DNA of 64,000 bases from Myxococcota bacterium. GTDB taxonomy: Bacteria > Myxococcota_A > SURF-8. Below, piece by piece: positions 38,826 to 48,645 of this stretch. The stretch spans positions 1,568,001-1,632,000 of the forward strand of contig CAXXQS010000002.1 of assembly GCA_963674735.2 (NCBI GenBank), read 5' to 3'. The translations under genes and the position numbers were made by a program. The notes under the pieces are model-generated. The model saw only the letters and a program-made list of their open reading frames with translations, had not been told where the DNA came from and did no database searches. Within the stretch, counting starts at the first letter, position 1, and each line of letters begins with the position of its first letter.

Positions 38826-38985
38826 GGGTTCACCTCTCCCGTGAAGGTCTCATGACATCGCCCTTTTATACCATAGTGAGGGGAGGTCTGGCCATGAAAA
38901 AGCCGAAACGATCCGCTGGGGGTACCGATTACCTGTATGAAGGGTTCCAATAATTATTATCTATTATCCATACAGGAAAGGCGAC

Positions 38986-39014
38986 TTGACAATTTCTTGC
39001 TTTCAAGGTACGTT
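38986..39014 (+). promoter_or_regulatory. Putative sigma70 promoter of the nuo operon
   Basis: TTGACA, 17-nt spacer, TACGTT in an AT-rich intergenic region. Confidence 0.55.
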
Positions 39015-39099
39015 TCCTTTTAAGAAAATCGAGCTTATTGTGTCTTAAAGTGTCTGTTTTTACTAAGTTAATCTAGTTTCATCATACCAAGCTTGGAGA

Positions 39100-39462
39100 G
39101 TGGCCGTGTCGACCGAATACCTCCCCGTTCTGGTGTTGATGCTGGTAGCCGCCGGAATCGGTGGCGCGATGTGGCTCTTTGCCAGCATTTTCGGACCTAA
39201 ACATTCGTCGTCCGTCAAGGATGCGCCGTTTGAGTGCGGCAATCCATCCTTCGGCACCCAGGGGCGGCGCTTTAGCGTGAAGTTCTTCATTGTCGCCATT
39301 CTCTTTCTGGTGTTCGACCTGGAAGTGGTGTTTCTGTATCCCTGGAGCGTCCTGTTTCGCTCCTTGGGCTGGTACGGACTGGGCGTGATTCTGCCGTTCC
39401 TCCTCATTCTGACACTCGGGCTGGTTTACGAGTGGCGCAAAGGAGCTCTCGAATGGGAATAG
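39100..39462 (+). CDS. nuoA: NADH-quinone oxidoreductase subunit A
   Basis: PFECG, FSVKFFIVAILFLVFDLEVVFLYPW, YEWRKGALEW. Confidence 0.96.
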   Translation: MAVSTEYLPVLVLMLVAAGIGGAMWLFASIFGPKHSSSVKDAPFECGNPSFGTQGRRFSVKFFIVAILFLVFDLEVVFLYPWSVLFRSLGWYGLGVILPFLLILTLGLVYEWRKGALEWE

Positions 39463-39962
39463 AAAAGGCATTAGCCGGTAAAGAAGGCTTTCTCACCACC
39501 AAGCTGGAAGCGGTGCTGGGCTGGGCGCGTAAATATTCGCTCTTCCAGTACCCCTTCGTCACGGCCTGTTGCGGCATGGAATTCATGTCGGTGATGAACT
39601 CCCACTACGATCTGGCGCGCTTCGGGGCCGAGATTCCGCGTTTCACCCCGCGTCAGAGCGACCTTCTGTTTGTGGTGGGGACCATCAACCACAAGCTTTC
39701 CCCGACCTTATTGACGGTGTGGGAGCAGATGACCGACCCGAAGTGGTGCATCGCCTTCGGCGTTTGCGCTTCGACCGGCGGCGTGTACGACAACTATGCA
39801 GCCGTTCCGGGTATCGATCACATCATTCCGGTGGACGTTTACGTGGCGGGCTGCCCGCCGCGCCCCGAATCGGTGCTGAAGGGGCTGATGCGCTTGCAGG
39901 ATAAAATCCAGAATCGCAAGTTGATCGACGATTACCCCGAGCTGCGCGCCGACGCGCGATAA
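39453..39962 (+). CDS. nuoB: NADH-quinone oxidoreductase subunit B
   Basis: TACCGMEFM, FTPRQSD, FGVCASTGG, GCPPRPE; ATG 39453 behind AGGAG. Confidence 0.96.
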   Translation: MGIEKALAGKEGFLTTKLEAVLGWARKYSLFQYPFVTACCGMEFMSVMNSHYDLARFGAEIPRFTPRQSDLLFVVGTINHKLSPTLLTVWEQMTDPKWCIAFGVCASTGGVYDNYAAVPGIDHIIPVDVYVAGCPPRPESVLKGLMRLQDKIQNRKLIDDYPELRADAR

Positions 39963-39974
39963 GGAGTTCCGAGC

Positions 39975-40529
39975 ATGCTGGCGAAAGTGGTGGCGGAACT
40001 GGAAAAAACAGCCAAAGATGTGGTTTTAGGGCAGATCGAAGCGCCCGACGACGACTGCTTGATGATCGAGCGCAGCCGGATCAAAGCGGTCTGTCGCGTT
40101 TTGAAAGACAACCCCGCTTGCGATTTCAAGCTGTTGGTCGATCTCACCTGCGTGGACTGGCTGGGACAGGACGAGCGTTTCGAGGTGGTGTACCAGCTCT
40201 ATTCGATTACGCATAATTACCGCCTGCGCCTAAAAGCACGTGTGCCCGAAGGCGAAAGTATCGATACGGTATCGGATGTCTGGCGCGGCGCGCTGCATGT
40301 CGAGCGCGAGGTGTACGACATGTTCGGTGTCGATTTCGCCGGGCATCCCAAGCTGACCCGCATTCTGATGTACGACGAATTCGAGGGCCATGCTCTGCGC
40401 AAGGACTACCCGCTCAAGAAACACCAGCCGCGTGTTCCGCTACGCTGGCCGATTGAGCCGAAGGACGATCCGCCTTATAACTGGACCCGTTTCCAGCGCG
40501 CCCGCAAGCTGGGATTGGATGACGATTAA
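39975..40529 (+). CDS. nuoC: NADH-quinone oxidoreductase subunit C
   Basis: DLTCVDW, RFEVVYQL, EREVYDMFGV.F.GHP.L.RIL, GHALRKDYPL. Confidence 0.96.
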   Translation: MLAKVVAELEKTAKDVVLGQIEAPDDDCLMIERSRIKAVCRVLKDNPACDFKLLVDLTCVDWLGQDERFEVVYQLYSITHNYRLRLKARVPEGESIDTVSDVWRGALHVEREVYDMFGVDFAGHPKLTRILMYDEFEGHALRKDYPLKKHQPRVPLRWPIEPKDDPPYNWTRFQRARKLGLDDD

Positions 40530-40566
40530 TCGACGACTACCCGTAGCGTAGATTCGAGGTTACCCG

Positions 40567-41772
40567 ATGAGCGAACCGAGACAAGATCCGCAAGTCAAGC
40601 GTCTACCCGATGATGTGATGGACATCCAACTGGGACCGTCCCATCCGGCCATGCACGGCATCATCAAGCTCGACACCAAGCTGTCGGGTGAAACCGTGGT
40701 CGATATGGAAGTGAGCATGGGCTATCTGCACCGTGCCTTCGAGAAAATGTGCGAGCATCGCGATTGGAACCAGAACGTGGTGTTCACCGATCGGTTGAAC
40801 TACTGTTCGGCGGCGGCCAACAACTGCGCGTACATGTCGGCGGTGGAAAAGCTGGCCGGGATCGAACTGCCCGCGCGTGCGCAATGGATGCGCGTGATCG
40901 TCAGCGAATTGTCGCGCGTGGCCGACCACCTCACTTGCGTGGCGGCCTCCGTGATGGAGTTGGGCGGCTTGTCCGTGTACCTCTACCTGATCGAGGCGCG
41001 CGAAGAAATCTATATGATTTTCGACAAAATCTGCGGATCGCGTCTCACTCACTCGGTGGCGCGTGTGGGGGGAATGGCCTACGATTTATACGACGGCTTC
41101 GAGGACGACATCGAGCGTGTCTTCGCCCTGACCCGCAAATTCATGGATCAGGGCCATGTGATGCTGACGCGCAACCGCATCTTCTACGATCGCATGCGTG
41201 ACACGGGTACCGTCAGCGAAGCCGATGCCATCGATTTCGGTTTCACCGGGCCCGTACTGCGTTCCACCGGCTGTGCCTACGACATTCGCAAGGCCATGCC
41301 TTACTGGACTTACGACCAGGTCGAGTTCGACGTGCCCACCGGGGAGCGTGGCGATAATTACGACCGCTATCTCATCCGTATGGAAGAGATGGAGCAGGCG
41401 ATGCGCATCGTCGAACAGGCCATCGAGAAGATTCCCGAAGGCGATGTCTTTGTTCACGATTACAAGATTTTCGTCCCGCCCAAGAAGGAAACCTACAACC
41501 ACATCGAGGGCTTGATTCACCATTTCGAACTGGTGATGAACGGACCGCAGATCAAGGCGGGTGATGCCTATTTCGCCATTGAATCGCCTAACGGCGAGCA
41601 TGGCTATTATGTGGTGAGTGAAGGGGGCGGCATGCCCTACCGGGTGCGGGCACGACCCACCTGCATGCCCATGACCATGTTCTTCCCCGAAATGGTCAAG
41701 GGCAGTATGATCGCGGATATCATCCCGACCTTCGGGTCGATTAACATGATCGGCGGCGAGTTGGAGCGATAA
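40567..41772 (+). CDS. nuoD: NADH-quinone oxidoreductase subunit D
   Basis: GPSHPAMHG, GYLHRAFEK, DRLNY, ESPNGE, ends GGELER; no NiFe-binding CxxC pairs. Confidence 0.96.
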   Translation: MSEPRQDPQVKRLPDDVMDIQLGPSHPAMHGIIKLDTKLSGETVVDMEVSMGYLHRAFEKMCEHRDWNQNVVFTDRLNYCSAAANNCAYMSAVEKLAGIELPARAQWMRVIVSELSRVADHLTCVAASVMELGGLSVYLYLIEAREEIYMIFDKICGSRLTHSVARVGGMAYDLYDGFEDDIERVFALTRKFMDQGHVMLTRNRIFYDRMRDTGTVSEADAIDFGFTGPVLRSTGCAYDIRKAMPYWTYDQVEFDVPTGERGDNYDRYLIRMEEMEQAMRIVEQAIEKIPEGDVFVHDYKIFVPPKKETYNHIEGLIHHFELVMNGPQIKAGDAYFAIESPNGEHGYYVVSEGGGMPYRVRARPTCMPMTMFFPEMVKGSMIADIIPTFGSINMIGGELER

Positions 41773-41773
41773 T

Positions 41774-42871
41774 ATGGAACCTTTGTGGCAGGCGATTGCG
41801 GCGCTCGTGAAAATTGCCATCATCTTCGGCTTCGGCATGACGGTGGCGGCGATTCTGACTTGGCAGGAACGCAAACAGTCGGCGGCGATTCAGGACCGCA
41901 TCGGACCCAACCGGGCGGCCATTCCGGGCATTCCCTTCAAATTCTGGGGGCTTTTGCACCTGGCCGCCGATGGCGTGAAGATGATCTTCAAAGAGGACTT
42001 CATGCCGGCCAACGCCAGTAAATTCCTTTTCCAGATCGCCCCGCTGGTGGCGGTGGTGCCGCTGATTTTGTCGATGGCGGTGATTCCTTTCGGTGGGACG
42101 GTGACCCTTTCGGGTTACGAGATTTCCCTGCAGGTGGCCAACCTCAACGCCGGAATCCTGTTCTTGTTGGCTTTCGGTTCGTTGTCGGTGTATTCGTCCG
42201 TTCTGGGTGGTTTCGCCTCCGACAACAAGTTCGGCTTGATCGGTGCGCTACGCACGTCGGCCCAGATGGTGTCGTATGAAATCGCGTTGGGGTTGACGCT
42301 GGTCGGCGTGTTCATGGTTTACCAGACGGTTATGCTGGACGAGATTGCGGCGGCCCAGGCCGGATCGTTGCTCAACTGGGGTATCGTGGCGCAGCCCTTC
42401 GGCTTTTTACTTTTCCTGGCGGCCGCCATCGCCGAAACCAAGCGGGCCCCCTTCGATCTGCCCGAGGGCGAGTCGGAAATCATCGGTTATTTTCTCGAAT
42501 ATTCGGGCCTCAAGTTCGGCCTGTTTTTCATCGGCGAATTTCTCGAAGTGGTCATTGCGGCCATGCTGATCACCACCCTCTTTTTCGGCTCCTACCATAT
42601 ACCTTGGTTGGACTGGGCGGCGGTGGAAGTGTGGTTGAACGGATTGATCGGCGGTGCCTGGTTGCCGGGACTGATTACGGCCTGTCTGATGATGGGAGTC
42701 TTCGTTGTCAAAGTCCTGTTCTTCTGCTTCTTCCAGCTGATGGTCCGGTGGACCTTGCCGCGCTTGCGCTATGACCAGTTGATGGCGTTTGGCTGGAAGC
42801 TCTTGCTGCCGCTGGCTTTGGTCAATGTGGTGCTCACGGCCCTCGTGCTCGTGATTGTCGACAGCCTCTAG
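41774..42871 (+). CDS. nuoH: NADH-quinone oxidoreductase subunit H
   Basis: ERKQSAAIQDRIGPNR, ADGVKMIFKED, AQMVSYE, AETKRAPFDLPEGESE, PRLRYDQLM. Confidence 0.96.
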   Translation: MEPLWQAIAALVKIAIIFGFGMTVAAILTWQERKQSAAIQDRIGPNRAAIPGIPFKFWGLLHLAADGVKMIFKEDFMPANASKFLFQIAPLVAVVPLILSMAVIPFGGTVTLSGYEISLQVANLNAGILFLLAFGSLSVYSSVLGGFASDNKFGLIGALRTSAQMVSYEIALGLTLVGVFMVYQTVMLDEIAAAQAGSLLNWGIVAQPFGFLLFLAAAIAETKRAPFDLPEGESEIIGYFLEYSGLKFGLFFIGEFLEVVIAAMLITTLFFGSYHIPWLDWAAVEVWLNGLIGGAWLPGLITACLMMGVFVVKVLFFCFFQLMVRWTLPRLRYDQLMAFGWKLLLPLALVNVVLTALVLVIVDSL

Positions 42872-42890
42872 GCTGTAAAGGAGGACGCTG

Positions 42891-43493
42891 ATGCCGTTCA
42901 AATACATGGACAACAACCGGGAGCTGAATTTTTGGGAACGGCTTTATTATCCCGAGATCGCGCGTGGACTGGCGGTGACGCTGAAGCACTTCACGCGCAA
43001 CTGGGTGCGCAAGAAGGACGTCCCCACCAAGGAATATCCGGAAGAGCGCTTTCCCCTTTCCTACCGCACGCGGGGTCGGCATTACCTCACCCGCCGCAGC
43101 GACGGCCGTTTGAGCTGTGTGGCCTGCATGATGTGCGCCATGGCCTGCCCGGCCAACGTCATCAAAATCGAGATCGGCCAGCTCGACGAGCCTTACTACA
43201 CCGGTCGTCAGAAGATCGACCGCTACCCGAAGTCGTTCACCATCGACCAGTTGGCTTGCATTTACTGCGGGTTCTGCGTCGAGGCCTGCCCGGAAGATGC
43301 CATTCGCATGGATTCGGGGATCACCATGGAAGCGGTGACCGATCGCGATGAGGCAGTGGTGCTGATCGATCATCTGAGCCAAGAACCGCAGTCCGAGCAC
43401 GAAATCATCTACAATCCACTGCCCGGCAAGGAACCGGAAGCGGCTCCCTTGGAAGTCCAGGATGCGGCGCCCTTCAAACTGCGGGAATATTGA
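42891..43493 (+). CDS. nuoI: NADH-quinone oxidoreductase subunit I
   Basis: Two CxxCxxCxxxCP motifs (CVACMMCAMACP, CIYCGFCVEACP); EYPEE. Confidence 0.95.
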   Translation: MPFKYMDNNRELNFWERLYYPEIARGLAVTLKHFTRNWVRKKDVPTKEYPEERFPLSYRTRGRHYLTRRSDGRLSCVACMMCAMACPANVIKIEIGQLDEPYYTGRQKIDRYPKSFTIDQLACIYCGFCVEACPEDAIRMDSGITMEAVTDRDEAVVLIDHLSQEPQSEHEIIYNPLPGKEPEAAPLEVQDAAPFKLREY

Positions 43494-43514
43494 TTGCTTC
43501 GACTCACTTGTTTC

Positions 43515-43537
43515 AAGGGCCTGCGGGCCCTTTTTTT
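43515..43537 (+). terminator. Rho-independent terminator after nuoI
   Basis: aagggcc-tgcg-ggccctt followed by a T run. Confidence 0.85.
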
Positions 43538-43578
43538 ATGGACGGACAAGAAGACAACTTGCAGGAGACCGGAGTTAC

Positions 43579-44604
43579 ATGAAACGGATTGTTTGGATTA
43601 CGCTGTGTTTATTTGTTCCGCTGTTGGGCTGTGACGCGTCCACTCTGGTGAATCAATCCGATAGTGATGGCGATGCGATCGAATTCGAAGCCAATCCGCA
43701 GGAACAGCCGGACGGCGACCTCGCCGAAGCGGAAGAGGAGGATTTCGCCGGTCAGCTACCCGACCTGGACGGCGATGCGGAAGCGGACAAGGGCCAGCTC
43801 GACGGGGATCAGGATGATGAAAGCGGCGAGATCGATCTCGATGAGGAGAATTCCGAACAGGGCGAGTCGGACGTCCTTGAAGAAGATGGCAACGAAACGG
43901 ATGCCGAAGCGGAGACGCCGGTTCTGAGCGACTGCGAGCGGATGGGCGGATCTTGTGCGATGAATGGCTGTCCAGACCCGACGGAGGAAGCGGCTTCGGC
44001 TTTGGGCTGTGCCGGTGTCTGTTGTCTGGATCCGGAAACGCTTCCCTGCGTTCAGGCTGGGGGCTACTGCCAGACGGTCGATTGGGAAACCCCGCTGTCG
44101 TATTCTTGCGATGCCTCACATTATCCTGCCGAAAGTTCGCAGGGCTGCGAGCAATTCCGGGAATGGTGTTGTGCGCCCTTGGATGCCTCTTGCGTGGCGG
44201 AGGGGCAAATGGGCAGTACACTCGATGCCGAGACGACTAACGACGCATGCTGCGACGGACTGACCCTCATCCAAGCCCAATATCCCGCGAATACCGGTGG
44301 CTGCGAATCGGGCGAAGAGGGGAGCTTTTTGTGCACTCAGTGCGGTAACGATCGTTGCGACCGCTTCGAAAACGAGTGCAATTGCAGCGCCGATTGCGCC
44401 GGTGCCGGAGCCTGCACCCTCGACGGTCAGGATTGTCCGGCGACCACCTGCCGCAACCGGGACAGCCTATGGCCCTGGATCGACAACGAATGCGTGCAGC
44501 TTACATACACCTGTGATGCACAAAGCCACTATTGCCTGCGGACCGAATCCAGCTACCCTGGTCAGACCTGCAATCTGAGCACCGGATTGTGCCAGGAACG
44601 TTAA
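43579..44604 (+). CDS. Cys-rich lipoprotein with acidic linker
   Basis: ATG 43579 behind GGAG; lipobox LLGC; about 100-aa D/E-rich linker; 30 Cys in the C-terminal ~225 aa. Confidence 0.82.
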   Translation: MKRIVWITLCLFVPLLGCDASTLVNQSDSDGDAIEFEANPQEQPDGDLAEAEEEDFAGQLPDLDGDAEADKGQLDGDQDDESGEIDLDEENSEQGESDVLEEDGNETDAEAETPVLSDCERMGGSCAMNGCPDPTEEAASALGCAGVCCLDPETLPCVQAGGYCQTVDWETPLSYSCDASHYPAESSQGCEQFREWCCAPLDASCVAEGQMGSTLDAETTNDACCDGLTLIQAQYPANTGGCESGEEGSFLCTQCGNDRCDRFENECNCSADCAGAGACTLDGQDCPATTCRNRDSLWPWIDNECVQLTYTCDAQSHYCLRTESSYPGQTCNLSTGLCQER

Positions 44605-44741
44605 CGCCGTGATGTGTTTAGGGCGTGTTAAATCCCGATCAATTGTGTGTATTCGGGAGCGGATCCTTGCCCCGGCGACTCAGAGACGCTAAGATCGGGT
44701 ATGACGCATTACGCGAACCCGGTAACGGTCGACGAGGAATG

Positions 44742-45539
44742 ATGACGATCAGCCATGTGCAGCCCGACGCGCCCCATGCCGCAGAATTGGTGGATGTGGT
44801 GAAGCGCTTTCCACGCCCGGTGTCGTTTCGTGACTTGGCCTGTTTCAAGAAACGACAAGTGACGGACGTGCTCAACGGACTGAATCTGACGCTTGAATAT
44901 GGCGAGATTCTCGGTCTGGTGGGACTCAATGGGTCTGGAAAAAGCACGCTTATTCGTCTGATGGCCGGGCTGCTTGTCCCCGATGCCGGGTCGTTATCGG
45001 TGCTCGGCCACCGGCCCACGAATCATGCGGCGGATATCGGTCATGGCGGTGACGTAGGCCTGGTGCTACCCAACGAGCGGAGCTTTTTCTGGCGGCTCAG
45101 TGTGGCGCGCAACCTACGTTTTTTCGCCATGCTCAACGACTTCGATCCCCGGCAAGCGGATGCGTGTGTCGCCGACATGCTGGAAAAAGTCGGCTTGTCC
45201 GACAAGGCCGACACGACCTTCCGCGAATTGTCCGACGGCATGAAACAGCGTGTGGCGCTGGCTCGTGGGCTGCTCACCGATCCGCGCCTACTGTTGGTGG
45301 ACGAAGCCACCCGCAGCCTCGATCCCGCCTGGCAGGAACGGGTTCGCAACCTGTTGCGGGCGCAGGCCGACAAGCCGCGTTCGGCGGTGCTTTTGGTGAG
45401 TCACAACCTGGATGAAATTCTGGCCGTGTCGGATCGGGTGGCTCTTTTGGAACAGGGTCGCATCGTTCGTATCGGGCGGCCCGCCGACATCGGTACCGAC
45501 TTGCGCGTCCATCTCAAGAGCGGCGAGGTGGCGGCATGA
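44742..45539 (+). CDS. ABC exporter ATP-binding protein
   Basis: Walker A GLNGSGKST, signature variant LSDGMKQR, Walker B LLLVDE, H-loop VSH; start codon uncertain (44739 or 44742). Confidence 0.9.
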   Translation: MTISHVQPDAPHAAELVDVVKRFPRPVSFRDLACFKKRQVTDVLNGLNLTLEYGEILGLVGLNGSGKSTLIRLMAGLLVPDAGSLSVLGHRPTNHAADIGHGGDVGLVLPNERSFFWRLSVARNLRFFAMLNDFDPRQADACVADMLEKVGLSDKADTTFRELSDGMKQRVALARGLLTDPRLLLVDEATRSLDPAWQERVRNLLRAQADKPRSAVLLVSHNLDEILAVSDRVALLEQGRIVRIGRPADIGTDLRVHLKSGEVAA

Positions 45540-46372
45540 CGCTTCTTCCTGCGCGCGCCCGCCGTTTCGTCGGCAAGGCCTGGGCGTTTATCGTCCGCGA
45601 TTTTTTCGACGAAGCCAGCTACAAATTCTACTTTTTCTTCACCCTTTTCGGTGTGGCGGCGGCGGTGATCGTGTTTTACTTTCTCTCGCGTGTGATCCCC
45701 GACCGCGCCGCCCCGGCGCTCGATCCTTACGGCGGGCGCTACTTCCCGTTTGTGTTGGTGGGTTTCGCTTTCGCCCATTATCTCGATCTGGCGCTCAACG
45801 GAATGGGACGCAAGATCCGCGAGTCGCAGATTTTGGGGACGCTGGAAGCGCTGCTGGTCACACGCACTCCCGCCTGGCAGGTGCTGCTCTTTTCGGTTCT
45901 GTATCCCTTCCTGTTTACCAGTTCGGTGGTGGCGGCCTACCTGTTGTTGGGCTGGGCTTTCTTCGGCCTGGATTTATCGCAGGCGGCCTGGGGCTCGGCG
46001 CTGGCGTATTTCATCCTGACGGGGGCCTCCCTGGCGCCTTTCGGGATTTTATCGGCGGCGGCGATTCTGGTGTTGAAACGCGGTGATCCGGTGGCGTTCG
46101 CCATCTCGGGTTTCAGTTACCTGTTGGCGGGCGTTTTCTACCCGGTAGAGGTCTTGCCCGGCTGGTTGCAGACGATTGCCCAGGCTTTTCCACTCACTCA
46201 TGGACTCGAAGGTATGCGGCAGTCGTTACTGAAAGGGTTGGGTGTATTTGACGCACCGCAGGGGGCGTTGTTGCTGATCGGTTTCGCGGTTGCCCTGTTG
46301 CCGCTGTCGTTGTGGGTCTTTACGCGGGCGTTGGCTTATTCGCGCCGAACCGGCGGGCTCAGTCATTATTGA
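45536..46372 (+). CDS. ABC-2 type exporter permease
   Basis: About 6 TMs; GTLEALLVT, GVFYPVEVLPGWLQ..A..FPLTHGLEGMR; ATGA overlap with the ATPase. Confidence 0.9.
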   Translation: MTLLPARARRFVGKAWAFIVRDFFDEASYKFYFFFTLFGVAAAVIVFYFLSRVIPDRAAPALDPYGGRYFPFVLVGFAFAHYLDLALNGMGRKIRESQILGTLEALLVTRTPAWQVLLFSVLYPFLFTSSVVAAYLLLGWAFFGLDLSQAAWGSALAYFILTGASLAPFGILSAAAILVLKRGDPVAFAISGFSYLLAGVFYPVEVLPGWLQTIAQAFPLTHGLEGMRQSLLKGLGVFDAPQGALLLIGFAVALLPLSLWVFTRALAYSRRTGGLSHY

Positions 46373-46459
46373 ATGACGCAGCTTGACAAAAACAGGGAGG
46401 CGGGGCTACAAACGAAGAGGTCAAGAAGCGAACCAAGGGTCAAGCTATAAGGGACGCGC

Positions 46460-48553
46460 ATGCAGAATTTTTTCTATCCCGAATCCATCGCCGTTGTCGG
46501 CGTCAGCCAAGCGGCCACGAACCTGGCCAGCCGCATTCTCTATAATCTGAAACGTTTCGGCTATTTCGGTGAGGTTTATGCCGTTGGGACACGCGATGCT
46601 GAGGTGGAGGGGTATACCGTTTATCGCTCCGTTTTGGATATCGATTCCACGATCGATTTGGCTATTTTGCTGGTGCCGGCGGTTCAGGTGCCCAAAGTGG
46701 TGGATGAATGCGGACAAAAAGGCATCAAGAATGTCATCGTCGAATCCGGCGGGTTCCGTGAATTTCAGGGGAGCGATTCCGATAACGAACGGCAGATGAT
46801 GGAAATGGTGCGCAAGCACGGAATCCGTCTGGTGGGTCCCAACTGCACCGGCGTCATCAATGTCGAAAACGGACTGTGCACCTCGTTTGCGCGCAACATC
46901 ATTCCCTTTCATGAAGGGGGCGTTTCGGTGTTGAGCCAGTCGGGCGGGGTGGGGCACAGCTATGTGCTCGATCTCACCTCCGAATGGGTAGGGCTCAACA
47001 AATTCATCAGCTATGGAAACGGCCTCGATATCGACGAAGTGGACATCATCGATTACCTCGATCAGGATCCGGGAACGACCGTTATCTCGGCCTACCTGGA
47101 AGGCATTACCCGCGGGCGCGACTTTCTGCGCGTCGTTTCGCGTTCCAAAAAACCGGTGGTGATGTTGAAAAGCAACACCCAGCCCAGCAGCCATACCATC
47201 GCGACCAGCCATTCGGCGGCGGTCAAGGGCGATGAAGACGTGTTGAACGCGGCGTTCCGCCAAGTGGGAGTGTTGCGCGTGTCCAACACCTTGGAATGGC
47301 TCAACGTTTCGAAACTGCTTACCTTGCCGTTGATGCGGGGCAACCGTCTTGCGATTTTGTCCCGTTCGGGCGGACACGCCGTGTTGGCGGCGGACGCGGC
47401 GGCCAAGTTGGGCTTCGAAGTTCCGGCTTTCCCGCAACGCTTTTTCGAAGCCTGCCGACAGTATTTCGAGCGCAGCGTAATCAAACTGCAAAATCCGCTC
47501 GATCTGGGACAGATTGTCTACCATCCGATTCTGACGCACATTTTGGAAGAAACGCTCAAACTGGATGAATTCGACGGCGTGCTGCTGATTCACTCCTACG
47601 ACGCCAGCCGTTCGAATGAACCGCACCAGTTCATCAGTCAGATTCAACCGTTGATCCACAAATACCAGAAGCCGGTTAGTACGATCCTCTTTACCGGCCG
47701 CGACGAGCGCCAGTACGTGCGGGAAACCTACCGCCTGCCTTTGTTCCGCACGCCTTTCCACGGCGTGCAGGCCTTATCTTACAGCCGCGATGCGGTCCGC
47801 GCGGCGGAGCGTCGGCGGCCCTTCGAAGTGGACGAGACGCCCTCTCGGGCGGCGGCCGGCCAGGAAGTGCTGGCGCAGGCGATTGCCGAAAAACGGAACC
47901 CCACTTTACCGGAGGCGCTGGCGCTGTTGCGCTCCTACGGAGTGCCGGTGGTGGAGCATTGTACGGTTTCCAGCCGTGATGAAGCCCTTGAAAAGGTGGA
48001 GTCGGTGGGGTATCCCATTGCGCTCAAGATCGATCATCCCATCGCCACGCATAAATCGGTCGTGGGCGGGATCCAACTCAACCTGCTCGACGATTACGGC
48101 CTGATCACGGGCTGGGACAAAATCGATGAGTCGGTGAAGGAAGCCGGTATCCAAGACGGCATGACCCGGGGCGTCATTCAGAAAATGGCCAAGCCGGGTT
48201 GGGAGATGGTCATCGGTGCGCGCCGCGATCCCAGTTTCGGACCGGTCGTCGTGGCCGGATCGGGAGGCGTTATGGCGGGGGTGGTCAATGATGTGGCCGG
48301 TCGCGTCGCCCCGCTGTCGGAGGACGACGCCTGCGACCTGCTGGTCGAGACCAAAGCCTATCAGGCGCTTACCCGCTATCACGGGCAGCGTGCGGTGGAC
48401 ACCGATTCGTTGGTCCAGTTGATCATGACCGTCGGGCGTATCATCGTGGATATCGATGCCATCGAAGACATCGACCTCAACCCGGTGTTCGTGCATCCGA
48501 ACGTGGCGGGGCTTACCGTCGTCGATGCCAAGATCACGCTGCGCCACGCATGA
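46460..48553 (+). CDS. ADP-forming acyl-CoA synthetase (acetate-CoA ligase family), fused alpha/beta
   Basis: SIAVVGVS, ESGGFRE, GPNCTG, SQSGG, SHSAA (phospho-His), SGG, NPLDL, ATP-grasp HKS...DPSFGPVV...DLNP. Confidence 0.9.
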   Translation: MQNFFYPESIAVVGVSQAATNLASRILYNLKRFGYFGEVYAVGTRDAEVEGYTVYRSVLDIDSTIDLAILLVPAVQVPKVVDECGQKGIKNVIVESGGFREFQGSDSDNERQMMEMVRKHGIRLVGPNCTGVINVENGLCTSFARNIIPFHEGGVSVLSQSGGVGHSYVLDLTSEWVGLNKFISYGNGLDIDEVDIIDYLDQDPGTTVISAYLEGITRGRDFLRVVSRSKKPVVMLKSNTQPSSHTIATSHSAAVKGDEDVLNAAFRQVGVLRVSNTLEWLNVSKLLTLPLMRGNRLAILSRSGGHAVLAADAAAKLGFEVPAFPQRFFEACRQYFERSVIKLQNPLDLGQIVYHPILTHILEETLKLDEFDGVLLIHSYDASRSNEPHQFISQIQPLIHKYQKPVSTILFTGRDERQYVRETYRLPLFRTPFHGVQALSYSRDAVRAAERRRPFEVDETPSRAAAGQEVLAQAIAEKRNPTLPEALALLRSYGVPVVEHCTVSSRDEALEKVESVGYPIALKIDHPIATHKSVVGGIQLNLLDDYGLITGWDKIDESVKEAGIQDGMTRGVIQKMAKPGWEMVIGARRDPSFGPVVVAGSGGVMAGVVNDVAGRVAPLSEDDACDLLVETKAYQALTRYHGQRAVDTDSLVQLIMTVGRIIVDIDAIEDIDLNPVFVHPNVAGLTVVDAKITLRHA

Positions 48554-48645
48554 CATGGAGCCGCCGGGCGTTTGTTCCGCAAGCGGCGTTTAGGCTTTCC
48601 GCTCATCCGTTTTCGAATCAATAAAAGTGATTGTTTGGGTGTGTT

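Noticed and set aside
39453-41772. Group 4 [NiFe]-hydrogenase reading of the nuo genes
   Set aside because: The large subunit lacks both CxxC nickel-binding motifs, and nuoA is present.
46381-46445. gaaccaagggtcaag resembling a 6S RNA segment, with a gcttgac/gtcaagc inverted repeat
   Set aside because: The intergenic gap is under 90 nt, too short for 6S RNA; more likely promoter or operator sequence, but too weak to call.
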